Virus record (IMG/VR): IMGVR_UViG_3300023170_004399
Span: 32,001 to 96,000 of that record
DNA length: 64,000 nucleotides
Strand: one strand, 5' to 3'
Source: a virus
Taxonomy: Duplodnaviria > Caudoviricetes
A model generated the notes under the pieces. The model was not told the origin of the DNA. It did no database searches and saw only the letters and a list, made by a program, of their open reading frames with translations. The position numbers and the translations under genes are program-made. This document shows, in pieces, positions 11,311 through 20,837 of this stretch. Position 1 is the first letter of the stretch. Every line of letters begins with the position of its first letter.

Positions 11311-11337
11311 AATGTTATACTATGTTATATAATCATA
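11306..11337 (+). promoter_or_regulatory. 32-bp promoter-like element, copy 1
   Basis: TATAAAATGTTATACTATGTTATATAATCATA, 30/32 identical to 12235-12266; contains TATAAT and lies upstream of an SD and ATG. Confidence 0.6.
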
Positions 11338-11354
11338 AAAAGTTAGGGGGTGCT

Positions 11355-12239
11355 ATGATTACGTCGTATACAAATATATGTTTTAGCGAACAAAATACGT
11401 GGGAAACCAATGTAATTGAAAATTTAGGAAAACAAACAGCTGTATTTGTATGTATTGATGAATATCCGGAACAATATAGAAATAATTTAAAATATATTGA
11501 AAGTAACTGCAAAATATATATTTCTAAAGAAGTACATGAAATAAGTAAAATTAATTTATTTTATGAGCAAATATCAAAAGATTTTGATTTTTTTGTCAGC
11601 ACTCAAAAAAGAATGTTTGCGCACGAAGCCTTTTCCAATGTGCCACCAACAAAAAAATACAATATACCAGTTTTTATAAATTGGTGTGAACCATTACCCA
11701 TTGAAAAGAAAAAAGAAAATTATTTGTTAACAAAGCAAAATAAAATAAGTTTCATGCCAGGTAAAAAAAATTTTTTAATTGGTCATAGGTTAAGGCATCA
11801 CATATATGATAAAATAAAAAACAGAAGAAATGTTATTAATAATAATTTTGTTTTATACCCATCTAGCACGTGGGTGGAAGATAAAAAAAGCATATTTGAA
11901 AATAATCAATATTCAATAATAATAGAAAACATACATACCCCAGGTTACATGTCAGAAAAAATAGTTGACTGCTTATTAAGAGGCTCAATCCCAATTTACT
12001 GGGGTGCAAATGATGTTATACAAGAATATTTTGATACAAAAACTGTTTTGTTTTTTGATAGTGAAAGTCAATTTGAAAATATCGTTAATAATATTGCAAC
12101 TGATGCTTTTTACAAGAGTAATATTGAATCAATAATTAATAACATGATTATTTGTGAAAAAAACCTAGATAAGGGTAAAGATAAAATAAATCCTTTTTAT
12201 TATTATTTTATAAACAATATTTTAAAAAATATTCTATAA
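11355..12239 (+). CDS. GT10 family glycosyltransferase (alpha-1,3-fucosyltransferase-like)
   Basis: SIIIEN..PGYMSEKIVDCLLRGSIPIYWGA fucosyltransferase motif. ATG at 11355 follows an AGGGGG SD. Confidence 0.8.
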   Translation: MITSYTNICFSEQNTWETNVIENLGKQTAVFVCIDEYPEQYRNNLKYIESNCKIYISKEVHEISKINLFYEQISKDFDFFVSTQKRMFAHEAFSNVPPTKKYNIPVFINWCEPLPIEKKKENYLLTKQNKISFMPGKKNFLIGHRLRHHIYDKIKNRRNVINNNFVLYPSSTWVEDKKSIFENNQYSIIIENIHTPGYMSEKIVDCLLRGSIPIYWGANDVIQEYFDTKTVLFFDSESQFENIVNNIATDAFYKSNIESIINNMIICEKNLDKGKDKINPFYYYFINNILKNIL

Positions 12240-12266
12240 AATGTTGTACTATATTATATAATCATA
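12235..12266 (+). promoter_or_regulatory. 32-bp promoter-like element, copy 2
   Basis: TATAAAATGTTGTACTATATTATATAATCATA, near-identical to 11306-11337. Confidence 0.6.
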
Positions 12267-12278
12267 TATGGAGAATAT

Positions 12279-12863
12279 ATGTTATATAATGAAAATACTG
12301 ATCGTGCTAAAAGAGGTAAAAAATTTCAAACGGAATTTTATAATTTAATGTTAGAAAACAAGTTAAATGTTATTCCTACTTGGGATTATTTTAAACAAAA
12401 AAATAAAAATTACACAAAGGTAGATTTAGCAAAATTAGAATTAAGAAATGGTGATATACTTTTATTTGATGAACGAAAATATATTATTGCACATTTTGAA
12501 TTATTTACTTTGTTAAATGATGATGGGCTGTTCCCTGTTTCAAAAACTAAGAATTTTATTGGTGATAACAAATACTATGTAATTAAACTGTTGTCAAATG
12601 ATGATGTGTATCTAATGCATTCTAAATCATGGAATAGTTATGCACGTAAAATTAACAAACAAGTTAATGTGCATGGTAAAGATTTTTACTGCTATAATAA
12701 GAACATAATATTAAATTTTAGAAATAAAATAAAAATTGATTGTGGTGTAAATGGTAACATAGGATCTATAAAAGATTTTGTTTTAGGTTCAAATCCTAAC
12801 AATCAAAAAACTTACTTACACAACGAGGTTAAACATGCAAACTCCAGCATACAAAGTAAATGA
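12279..12863 (+). CDS. Hypothetical protein, possibly PD-(D/E)xK nuclease-like; its 3' end overlaps a tRNA-like element
   Basis: GKKFQTEF...GDILL...HFELF loosely resembles restriction-endonuclease-fold motifs; GGAG SD. Confidence 0.4.
   Translation: MLYNENTDRAKRGKKFQTEFYNLMLENKLNVIPTWDYFKQKNKNYTKVDLAKLELRNGDILLFDERKYIIAHFELFTLLNDDGLFPVSKTKNFIGDNKYYVIKLLSNDDVYLMHSKSWNSYARKINKQVNVHGKDFYCYNKNIILNFRNKIKIDCGVNGNIGSIKDFVLGSNPNNQKTYLHNEVKHANSSIQSK
12736..12807 (+). tRNA. tRNA or tRNA-like cloverleaf with non-canonical anticodon loop (nominal anticodon TAA, A at position 33, short variable loop, no encoded CCA)
   Basis: Acceptor TTGATTG/CAATCAA (7 bp); D stem GTGT/ACAT with loop AAATGGTA; anticodon stem GGATC/GATTT with loop TATAAAA; T stem TTAGG/CCTAA with loop TTCAAAT. 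U8, A14, G18G19, A21, U54U55C56 and A58 are present. Confidence 0.75.
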
Positions 12864-13101
12864 CTGGGTTATTTTGACACAAAAATTTGTAGTCGACTTA
12901 ACTCATATCAAAAGAAAGAAAACACAGCCATACTTAGCAAAGATAGTAGAAGTAAAACCTACTGTCAGCTTAGGCCCATGTTACGTTATAGAAATTAACG
13001 GTGAACGTCAAAAGTTATGTTATTGGGAAACTGATATAGAAAGAAAGTTTGATAGAAACGCTAATGAAGATTTACTATGGCAAACATGGGGTGATAAATG
13101 A
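12835..13101 (+). CDS. Small KOW/SH3-like hypothetical protein
   Basis: 88 aa, YKVNDWVIL start, beta-rich; GAGG SD. Confidence 0.55.
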   Translation: MQTPAYKVNDWVILTQKFVVDLTHIKRKKTQPYLAKIVEVKPTVSLGPCYVIEINGERQKLCYWETDIERKFDRNANEDLLWQTWGDK

Positions 13102-13319
13102 ATAAAAACATTAAAAACTATTTTAATTTTCTAATTGCTATTTATGATACTGAGATTAATATATTTTATGATGAAATAGAATATATTATAAGTTGTATAC
13201 GGGCAAATAAAAAACATTTAGAGTATCCTGAGTATGACACAAACACGTGGGTAAAATTTGTCAATAGCATAAAAAACCATTTTCATTTTGACCGGACTTG
13301 CATTTTACAAATTAAATAA
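13098..13319 (+). CDS. Small hypothetical protein
   Basis: 73-aa ORF with ATGA overlap to the previous gene. Confidence 0.5.
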   Translation: MNKNIKNYFNFLIAIYDTEINIFYDEIEYIISCIRANKKHLEYPEYDTNTWVKFVNSIKNHFHFDRTCILQIK

Positions 13320-13370
13320 TATTTCACAATACTTATAATTAGTGACTTATTTTTAAGGGAGGTGTTATGT

Positions 13371-14915
13371 ATGTTATTTCTTGCGTTAGGCTGTGTTGAT
13401 TATGGTGTCATAAAAACTGATCCAAAACAACCGACATTATTAGTTCATCCACAGCACATTGATTTTGGCCATTTGCTGTCGGGGCATGAAAACGCAAGTG
13501 AAAACATATATATTATAAATTCGGGGGACTCTGATTTAGAAATCTTGTCCCCCGAGTTAATTTCTGGTAATAGTAGATTCTCTATTGATACAAATATACC
13601 ACTTGTTATAGGCATCGATGAAATAGTGGAATTAAAAGTTGACTATACGCCTGAAACTTATGAAGCAAATGGAGGAATAGTAAGAATAATCAGCAGCGAT
13701 GAGGAAACGACCACTGTAGAAGTTACACTTGAAGGTTACGGCGACGCCCCAGTGCTAAATATAGAGCCAGAAACTATTGATTGGGGAGACATCACAATCG
13801 GCTGTGATATTGAAGAACGTATAACGATAGAAAATAGTGGCAATCTAGATTTGATAATTGAAGATCTAGATCAATTAGTAAATTCACCAGTGGATATAAT
13901 TTTAGAAAATGGCACATTGCCATCTACGCCGTGGGTAATACAACCTACGCACCAGTTAGACTTTTTAGTTTCTTATATACCAAACGATATTGGTAATGAT
14001 GAAAGTATTATAAAAATTACCAGTAATGATCCACAGAAAGCGGAATACCAAATTACTCAAAAGGGTTATGGAGAAGTTGAACAATGGTATGATGAAACTT
14101 GGGTCCAAGATGAGGTACCAGTTTTAGATATATTGTGGGTAATTGATAACTCAGGCTCAATGAACCGTTTTCAAACTAATTTGGCTAACAATACTGGCGT
14201 TTTCGTAAATGCATTTTTTAATGTTGGTGCTGATTTTCACATAGCAGTTATCACAACTGATGATCCTTCATTTACTACGATCGTAAGTAATAGTACTCCA
14301 AATGCTTCAAATGTATTGGCACAGCTTTTAATGCCAGGAATAGGCGGAAGTGGTATAGAACAGGGTATAGAAATGTCTTTTCAGTCATTGTCTAATGGTT
14401 TATACAGTGGTCCCGGGAGCCCATTTTTTAGAACAGATTCTAAACTAGTTGTAATATATGTTTCTGATGAGCAAGATTGGTCGTACAATGGTTGGCAAAC
14501 ATATACTACATTTTTTGATAGTTTGAAACCAGCTGGTGATTTTATACCGTACGGTGTAATAGGTGATATACCTAACGGGTGCCAACTTAGTAGTTGGGGT
14601 TATAACGTTGCTCAACCAGGTTATGGTTACCATGAATTAATCAATCATTACGGAGGAAAATGGTACTCTATTTGTGCGGAAGATTGGGGGATGCAATTGC
14701 AAGATTTAGCTGAAGAAGTAAGTACTTCTAGATTTTTTCCGCTTAGTGAAAATGATGTTTTAATTGAAACAATAGAAGTTACAGTCAACGGTCAGATAAG
14801 TGCTGATTGGGAATACATTGAAGATGATAACAAAGTTTCATTTTTTGAAGACAGTGTGCCGGAACCAGGGCAAACAATTAATGTAAAATATGCTGTCAGA
14901 GGGTGTGGAGAATGA
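13371..14915 (+). CDS. Putative lipoprotein with two Ig-like (ASH/choice-of-anchor D-like) domains and a VWA domain
   Basis: Lipobox LALGC; repeated IDFG/IDWG Ig-like units; VWA MIDAS DNSGSM plus VSDEQD. ATG at 13371 follows an AGGGAGG SD. Confidence 0.7.
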   Translation: MLFLALGCVDYGVIKTDPKQPTLLVHPQHIDFGHLLSGHENASENIYIINSGDSDLEILSPELISGNSRFSIDTNIPLVIGIDEIVELKVDYTPETYEANGGIVRIISSDEETTTVEVTLEGYGDAPVLNIEPETIDWGDITIGCDIEERITIENSGNLDLIIEDLDQLVNSPVDIILENGTLPSTPWVIQPTHQLDFLVSYIPNDIGNDESIIKITSNDPQKAEYQITQKGYGEVEQWYDETWVQDEVPVLDILWVIDNSGSMNRFQTNLANNTGVFVNAFFNVGADFHIAVITTDDPSFTTIVSNSTPNASNVLAQLLMPGIGGSGIEQGIEMSFQSLSNGLYSGPGSPFFRTDSKLVVIYVSDEQDWSYNGWQTYTTFFDSLKPAGDFIPYGVIGDIPNGCQLSSWGYNVAQPGYGYHELINHYGGKWYSICAEDWGMQLQDLAEEVSTSRFFPLSENDVLIETIEVTVNGQISADWEYIEDDNKVSFFEDSVPEPGQTINVKYAVRGCGE

Positions 14916-15454
14916 TTGAAAAAAGTGAAAAAACAGACATGGTGGTTATTTTTTCAGCTTTGTTTTTGTCTTTAGTTTTGGGTATGATTGTTGGTTTTAA
15001 TATGAAATTAGTATATGAATTAAATACTTTTAAACAGTACAGCTGGGAAAATCCACCTAATATAGTCAACTGTTACGGCAAAGAATTTTCTGAGCAATCA
15101 ATTAAAAGAGCAATGACGTATTGGACTAGAAAAGGTGAAAAGTTTGGTTTTTATGAACACAGACCTCCTAAAAACTTGTGTGATAAAAAATATATCCCGG
15201 GTTTTATAATTTTAAAAAAAGTTAAAAAGAGAGATGTTCATATAAATGAAACAGCGTTAGCTGCTACAATAAGGCAAACTAGTTTTTTAAATATTATTTC
15301 ATCAATAATATATTACAAAGAAGAAAATTACAAATTACATCTATTAAATGAACATGAGTTAGGACATGCATTAGGTTATGCGCACGTAAAAAAAGCCGGA
15401 CACATAATGCACCCTTCATTTTCTTTAATGGGTCCAAATTTTTACGTTCCTTAA
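14912..15454 (+). CDS. Matrixin-like (metzincin) zinc metalloprotease with N-terminal membrane anchor
   Basis: HELGHALGYAH zinc motif, IMHP Met-turn, hydrophobic N-terminus, ATGA overlap. Confidence 0.8.
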   Translation: MIEKSEKTDMVVIFSALFLSLVLGMIVGFNMKLVYELNTFKQYSWENPPNIVNCYGKEFSEQSIKRAMTYWTRKGEKFGFYEHRPPKNLCDKKYIPGFIILKKVKKRDVHINETALAATIRQTSFLNIISSIIYYKEENYKLHLLNEHELGHALGYAHVKKAGHIMHPSFSLMGPNFYVP

Positions 15455-15464
15455 GGAGAAGTTT

Positions 15465-15998
15465 ATGTTAAATATGTTTATGTTTTTTGCATGCGCAGAT
15501 ATGGCACCAGAAAGCGTTGAAAAAGAAATTCAGTATGTTTACACAGAAGAATGCGCAACATTGAAAGGGAAGCAAATTTGCGACTTTATGGCTACAAACG
15601 AATATGATCAGCCGGTGTGGTTTCATGACATAGATGGACCAGTAGTCATGGACCTTAGTGCAATGTGGTGTGCACCGTGCCAAACTGCTGCACAGGACTT
15701 GTCAGATTTGCACGATCAATATCCTGATGTTACTTTTTTAACACTACTTATTGAAGATGGCGTAGGTAATCCGCCAGATGCAAATGATATTGATGGGTGG
15801 AAAAACTCATTAGGAGTTGATACACCAGTTTGGGCAAGTAGTAGAGAAATTTTGACGTCAAACCCTACAGAAGTAGAAAACAAATTATACTTAGATGCAT
15901 GGCCAACTTTTTATGTATTCGATGAAAATAAAACAGTCATAGATTACGTAAGAGGATACAACAAACAAATTTTAAGTGAATACGCTAGTAATTTATAA
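15465..15998 (+). CDS. TlpA/ResA-like thioredoxin-fold lipoprotein
   Basis: WCAPC active site, WPTFY cis-Pro motif, lipobox-like MFFAC, AGGAG SD. Confidence 0.8.
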   Translation: MLNMFMFFACADMAPESVEKEIQYVYTEECATLKGKQICDFMATNEYDQPVWFHDIDGPVVMDLSAMWCAPCQTAAQDLSDLHDQYPDVTFLTLLIEDGVGNPPDANDIDGWKNSLGVDTPVWASSREILTSNPTEVENKLYLDAWPTFYVFDENKTVIDYVRGYNKQILSEYASNL

Positions 15999-16556
15999 AT
16001 GGTATCCATCATCAGCACCCGCATCATAAAAATAAAACCCGGCACCATCCGATTGCCATGTGCCACTATCACGTCTAAACTGTACAGTTATTGTTCCTGG
16101 ACCTGTGTTATTTGCAGCAAAAATACAGATAGGGTAGTACACGCCGGCGTTCAATGTGATGTTACCACTTGACGCGGTTACCACAGAGTGAAGACCACCA
16201 TTGTTGACAGTTGCATCAGCATTAACCATATTTGCATTTGTTTGCTGCGCAGCATTTCGAGGTTCGTTTGTATCTTGTCTATTAATCCAGAGAAATGAAG
16301 CATCATCTGAAACAGTACGGAATTGCCATGTAGACGATGATGCATCAGGTAAAAAATAGCCACGCCATATTAAGGCATCCGTCGTCCCTATTGAAAGTTG
16401 GAAAATATTTGTGTTTGTTGTTTCGAAAACAGGGTCCCCACCGGAAGTTGCAACTGCAGCAGGGTCTGCATAATAAGCATCGTCCCAGCCTTGCCTGTAT
16501 AAGCCCGAAGTGTAAACTTTTAATTGCCCTGGGTTTTGTATATCATTAATTATCAC
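15993..16556 (-). CDS. PA14/GLEYA lectin-like domain protein
   Basis: WRGYFLP...WQFRTVSDDASFLWI...YYPICI; GTG start overlapping the fibre stop (GTGA). Confidence 0.7.
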   Translation of the reverse strand: MIINDIQNPGQLKVYTSGLYRQGWDDAYYADPAAVATSGGDPVFETTNTNIFQLSIGTTDALIWRGYFLPDASSSTWQFRTVSDDASFLWINRQDTNEPRNAAQQTNANMVNADATVNNGGLHSVVTASSGNITLNAGVYYPICIFAANNTGPGTITVQFRRDSGTWQSDGAGFYFYDAGADDGYHL

Positions 16557-19500
16557 AATGCTCTCCGATAATAAAGTGTAACTTTTAAACCTCTGCCACC
16601 GGTGCCGGCTGTGTCGACATCAATTCTAATTTGCGCATCATCATTTATAGATGTATTTGTAAGTACACAAGCAGTTGAAGCTGTTCTAGATGTTGATTCG
16701 GTACCGTCAATACGTAAACGTGATCCTGAAGCTGTTTCATCCATAATAGTGGTACCATCAACATGTATATCAACTGTTGTTAATGTTGTAGCTGCAGTCG
16801 TCAAACTAGCTCTCGGCGGCTGGTATAATTCCATTGCAAAAGGTGCTCTAAAAACAGCTTGAGCTGCACCAACTTGAATATCTGTATTGTCTGCAGTTAC
16901 GGAAATAATCATATAATCTTCAAAACTTGCTTGTTGTTTAATATCTAAACTACCACTTACAATGACGTCTCCACCAAAAACAGAGTTTTTAGCAGCGTTT
17001 CCTGATAACCCTATTGTACCAGAAACGAAAAGCGAAGTATCTATAGATGAGGCATCAGTGTTTGAAAGATCATTTTCATGCAATAAAATAGATCCAGATT
17101 TAGTTATCATAAACCTATCCGCAAAATTTGATGTTGCCGTTGCTCCGTTAAATGTCCTCGTTCGAATAGTGAAATCTGCATCAAAACTATCACCACTATT
17201 TCTTTTAGTTATAATACGTGCATTTTCAATAGTTTGGTTGTAAAAAGATATGAACATGTCTCTATCAGCTGATGTGTCAGAAACATTGTTAAATGCTAAA
17301 TCAGCACTTAAACTTGAAGCTACTGGTTTCCATATGTTAACGTAACCATTGCCAGCATTAGTACTTGACCCCATGTTAATTTGTCCATCATTACCAGTAG
17401 TAGTAGCAGATGATGTCATAGTCAATAGTGCACCACCATTCGCACTGTCAAACCTAAATTGAAAATCTGCATTACTATCCGGATTAAAATATGCTCTATT
17501 AGGTTGTCTGGGATATACTATATCACCATCCACAAGATCTTCTGTAAATGTGTTAAAATTAGCCATAAATGTTGCATATCTTACAACACCACTTGTATCG
17601 CCTTCTCCAAAAAAGTCAATTCTTTTTCGAACATCAATGTTTGGTCCAATAGGCACATCAATATTATCAAAGTCAAATTTTATTCTTTGATTTGATACTT
17701 CCGTACTTAGACCACGAAGTGTATCACATTCCCATTCTTTGTCACTAGTAAGAATAGCTGCATTTGCTGCAGTGGTACTACCAGAAACTGTTGTTCTAAA
17801 CACTAATTCAGAACCAACACCATGATTGACAAATGCTTCATTTTCATCATCTGATATGTGTACAATTTGTATGTTTCTAGCCAATATTTGTGCCGGCGTA
17901 AAATAAGGCAGTTCGTCATCTGTGCCGCCCCTTATTGAAAAATTTATCATCCCTAATGTTTTATCAGCGTCGATATTTTTTCCTCGTCTTACGATGCCTA
18001 ACTCTGGAAAAGTGCTAGCTGATCCTGTTCGTTCTACGTGTAAAGTAAATGCGGGACCAGGGTTGCCAATCCCTAAACGCCCTCTCGATGTTATTCTCAT
18101 TCTTTCTGAAACAAGGGAGCTATCTTCTTGCCCGGTGTTAAAAACTATTGATGTTGGTTTATCAGATGCATAATTCCATGTATCGCGATCTGCCTTTGCT
18201 TGTATAGATGCTACTGCCACTGTGCCGGCATAACTATCATCAGAGCTATTCCAAACTAATGATCCAAAAATTGTATTGTTGTCATCAGGTAAGTCAGATG
18301 AAGCTACTGCAGAAGATGATCTTATATAACTGAAAGTTGGTACACTTCCTACTCTTTCAATAATCATTTGGCCATCAAACATGTTTTTGGTTGTATTAAT
18401 CCCTAATTTATTTGGCCTAAATGTACCTGTCACATATAAGTCACCTAAAACATAAGCATCATTTTCAACCCTTGTGTTTCCACCTGCATCAACTACAGCC
18501 CTAATAGCTGAGTTTGTTTTGATTTGAAAATCATGAGAGCCTATAGTGCCAACACTTCCAACGCTGCCGCCACCGGAAGTATCACTGCTTGCTATAAAGG
18601 ATTGTACATTATTGCTTTGATTACTTGATTTTAAAATTATTTCCGATAATTCGTTTTGAGTAGCATTATCGCCAATTATAATTTGTGTTGTTCCAGAGGT
18701 ATCATTTACGTGAAGCCTAGAATCAGGTGTAGAAGTACCAATTCCTATATCTCCGGAAGCTGATACTATCATTTTTGCACTGTTGTTAACAACAAATTTT
18801 ACATCATGATCTGAAAGAGATCCTAGTTGTACATAACCAGCACCACCTTGTGTACTTACTGATCCGAATGAACCAGTGACAGATTCATCTCCATAGAATG
18901 CTTTTGTGCTGATTGAACTAAAATACGTGCTTTTATTAAGACCATCACCAACAGTTATGGTGGTATAAAGTGCACCTGACACGTGTAAGTCTGTTTCAGG
19001 AGAAGTGGTACCAATACCTACACTATTACTTGGTACCAGAACATACCCGTTTTCACCCCCTACCAGAACTGTGTTGTTTGACCCACTTAAATTTAAATCT
19101 TCGCTAGAATCCAAATAAAGGGTTCCTTTGACCGACTGTGCTGTACCTGTCACAGCATCAGTTCCTCCACTAAATGTTTGATCTTGATTTAGCGGGCTGT
19201 CATTTGTTAGTGTGGAAAAATTTGCTTTGAAATAAAAGCTGTTTCCAGATGATCCTGCTGTTGTCGCTGTAAGGTTGATACCCCCATTAAAAGAACCGTT
19301 TTCTATCGCAGTTATATCTGCTCTATTGGCAATACTATTGTTGTAATAACGTACTTCAGCAGACCCTCCATTAGTCCCATCATATATGGTAACTCCCGAT
19401 GCGTTGATGGCACCTATAATTCTATCTCTCATTGTTGAGAAACTTGATGCATCTCTTTTGATAAAAACTTTATTTGCAAGATTAGGACCTTGGGATGATA

Positions 19501-19861
19501 TATCGTCCTTGATAAAATATGTAAAGCTTGTTCCGTCGTTAAGTATGAAAGTTGATCCATCTCCTGGTGCTGAATATGGGTCTTGGAGTCTTAAACCACC
19601 GCTACTATTTCCATTTAGAAATGCTGCTTCTGCAGGGGTGCTAGTTGTTCCTTGTGTAACAAAAACAATGTCTTTTTGCTGACTGTTGGTGATAACTCTC
19701 AAGACTTCATCATTTGTGCCATTGCCCGATATCTCAACAGATCCTGTGCAAACTATGGCAACACCATCTTGTGATGCGTAACTTGTATCTATAGAACCGC
19801 TTACAACAATACCCTCGTTAAAACGCATTGTAGCAGTTCCCATATTTTTTATTTTTGCCAT
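16553..19861 (-). CDS. Tail-fibre-like virion structural protein (1102 aa)
   Basis: Repeated VGIGTTSP/IGIGTSTP/LGIGNPGP..LHV units, Gly/Ser/Thr-rich, SVFGGDVIVSGSL motif. Confidence 0.65.
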   Translation of the reverse strand: MAKIKNMGTATMRFNEGIVVSGSIDTSYASQDGVAIVCTGSVEISGNGTNDEVLRVITNSQQKDIVFVTQGTTSTPAEAAFLNGNSSGGLRLQDPYSAPGDGSTFILNDGTSFTYFIKDDISSQGPNLANKVFIKRDASSFSTMRDRIIGAINASGVTIYDGTNGGSAEVRYYNNSIANRADITAIENGSFNGGINLTATTAGSSGNSFYFKANFSTLTNDSPLNQDQTFSGGTDAVTGTAQSVKGTLYLDSSEDLNLSGSNNTVLVGGENGYVLVPSNSVGIGTTSPETDLHVSGALYTTITVGDGLNKSTYFSSISTKAFYGDESVTGSFGSVSTQGGAGYVQLGSLSDHDVKFVVNNSAKMIVSASGDIGIGTSTPDSRLHVNDTSGTTQIIIGDNATQNELSEIILKSSNQSNNVQSFIASSDTSGGGSVGSVGTIGSHDFQIKTNSAIRAVVDAGGNTRVENDAYVLGDLYVTGTFRPNKLGINTTKNMFDGQMIIERVGSVPTFSYIRSSSAVASSDLPDDNNTIFGSLVWNSSDDSYAGTVAVASIQAKADRDTWNYASDKPTSIVFNTGQEDSSLVSERMRITSRGRLGIGNPGPAFTLHVERTGSASTFPELGIVRRGKNIDADKTLGMINFSIRGGTDDELPYFTPAQILARNIQIVHISDDENEAFVNHGVGSELVFRTTVSGSTTAANAAILTSDKEWECDTLRGLSTEVSNQRIKFDFDNIDVPIGPNIDVRKRIDFFGEGDTSGVVRYATFMANFNTFTEDLVDGDIVYPRQPNRAYFNPDSNADFQFRFDSANGGALLTMTSSATTTGNDGQINMGSSTNAGNGYVNIWKPVASSLSADLAFNNVSDTSADRDMFISFYNQTIENARIITKRNSGDSFDADFTIRTRTFNGATATSNFADRFMITKSGSILLHENDLSNTDASSIDTSLFVSGTIGLSGNAAKNSVFGGDVIVSGSLDIKQQASFEDYMIISVTADNTDIQVGAAQAVFRAPFAMELYQPPRASLTTAATTLTTVDIHVDGTTIMDETASGSRLRIDGTESTSRTASTACVLTNTSINDDAQIRIDVDTAGTGGRGLKVTLYYRRAL

Positions 19862-19979
19862 AATTTGTCCTTTTTTTTTATAAAAACATAATTTGGTGAT
19901 TATAATAATCTAGTCATGCAAATGACGTCTACATTTTTATCTATATTTTATTATTAATTATACTTTGGAGAATAAATAT

Positions 19980-20423
19980 ATGTCAAAACTATATCCTTTA
20001 ATGAATTCTTTTGATCCTTTTTCACGTGACATGTCAAGTGTTTTCGATGCAATGGATCTTTTTTTTCCAACTAATTACAAAAGTAGCAAACAAAAATCAT
20101 CTGGAATTTTAGCCAACGTCAAAAAGTTGGATGACAGATACACATTAGAGTTATCAGCGCCTGGATTTTCTCGAGATGATTTTAGCTTAAATGTTGAAAA
20201 CAATGTTCTTACTGTACGCGTTGAAAATTCCACTGATTCGAATAAAGACAGCGGGTATATCCATAGAGAGTTTTCATATAATAACTTTAGCAGATCATGG
20301 ACCTTGCCAGAAACTGTTAATTTAGAAATGATATCAGCAAAATACGAAGCTGGTCTTTTGCTAGTAAATGTGCCATTTAACGTTGAAAATAAAACAAAAT
20401 CTTTCAACATTGATATTGATTAA
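19980..20423 (+). CDS. Small heat-shock protein (HSP20/IbpA family)
   Basis: LELSAPGFSRDDF..HREFSYNNFSRSWTLP..AKYEAGLLLVNVP alpha-crystallin motifs; ATG at 19980 after GGAG. Confidence 0.9.
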   Translation: MSKLYPLMNSFDPFSRDMSSVFDAMDLFFPTNYKSSKQKSSGILANVKKLDDRYTLELSAPGFSRDDFSLNVENNVLTVRVENSTDSNKDSGYIHREFSYNNFSRSWTLPETVNLEMISAKYEAGLLLVNVPFNVENKTKSFNIDID

Positions 20424-20447
20424 GAAATAGCTGTTAGTATTAAAATT

Positions 20448-20476
20448 ATAAGAGGGCGTATGTCCTCTTATTTTTT
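20448..20476 (+). terminator. Rho-independent terminator between convergent genes, probably bidirectional
   Basis: ATAAGAGGGC-GTAT-GTCCTCTTAT hairpin followed by a T tract. Confidence 0.75.
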
Positions 20477-20749
20477 GTTTCGTAATATGTTAATAATTTC
20501 TTCTGCTTGTTTTCTCATCCAGTGCTGAGCTTCTTGCTCTGTAGGAAATGAATATGAATCTGTGCTTAAGCTAGGATTAGATTTACATTCTATTTTGCAT
20601 GTGTATTTATCACCATTTGCAAATATAACTGAGTTAATATCCGGATGATCTTGCCAATTATATGGATCAGTTTCTATTGTATGATAATTACGACCAATTT
20701 CTTCTGAGATAATATATCTAATATATTTTTTTAAATTAAATTTATACAT
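20468..20749 (-). CDS. Hypothetical protein with LKKYIRYIISEE leader
   Basis: 93-aa ORF ending in the terminator; the leader resembles that of 29929-30195. Confidence 0.6.
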   Translation of the reverse strand: MYKFNLKKYIRYIISEEIGRNYHTIETDPYNWQDHPDINSVIFANGDKYTCKIECKSNPSLSTDSYSFPTEQEAQHWMRKQAEEIINILRNKK

Positions 20750-20837
20750 TTTAAATTTGCCTTTATAATTTAATTAATTCAATTAATTACTGACTTAAAT
20801 TGAATTAATAATTATTAACTTACTTATAGGAGCTATT

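Noticed and set aside
20773-20809. 12-bp inverted repeat ATTAATTCAATT / AATTGAATTAAT between divergent genes
   Set aside because: Almost purely A/T, so it could be chance; no further support.
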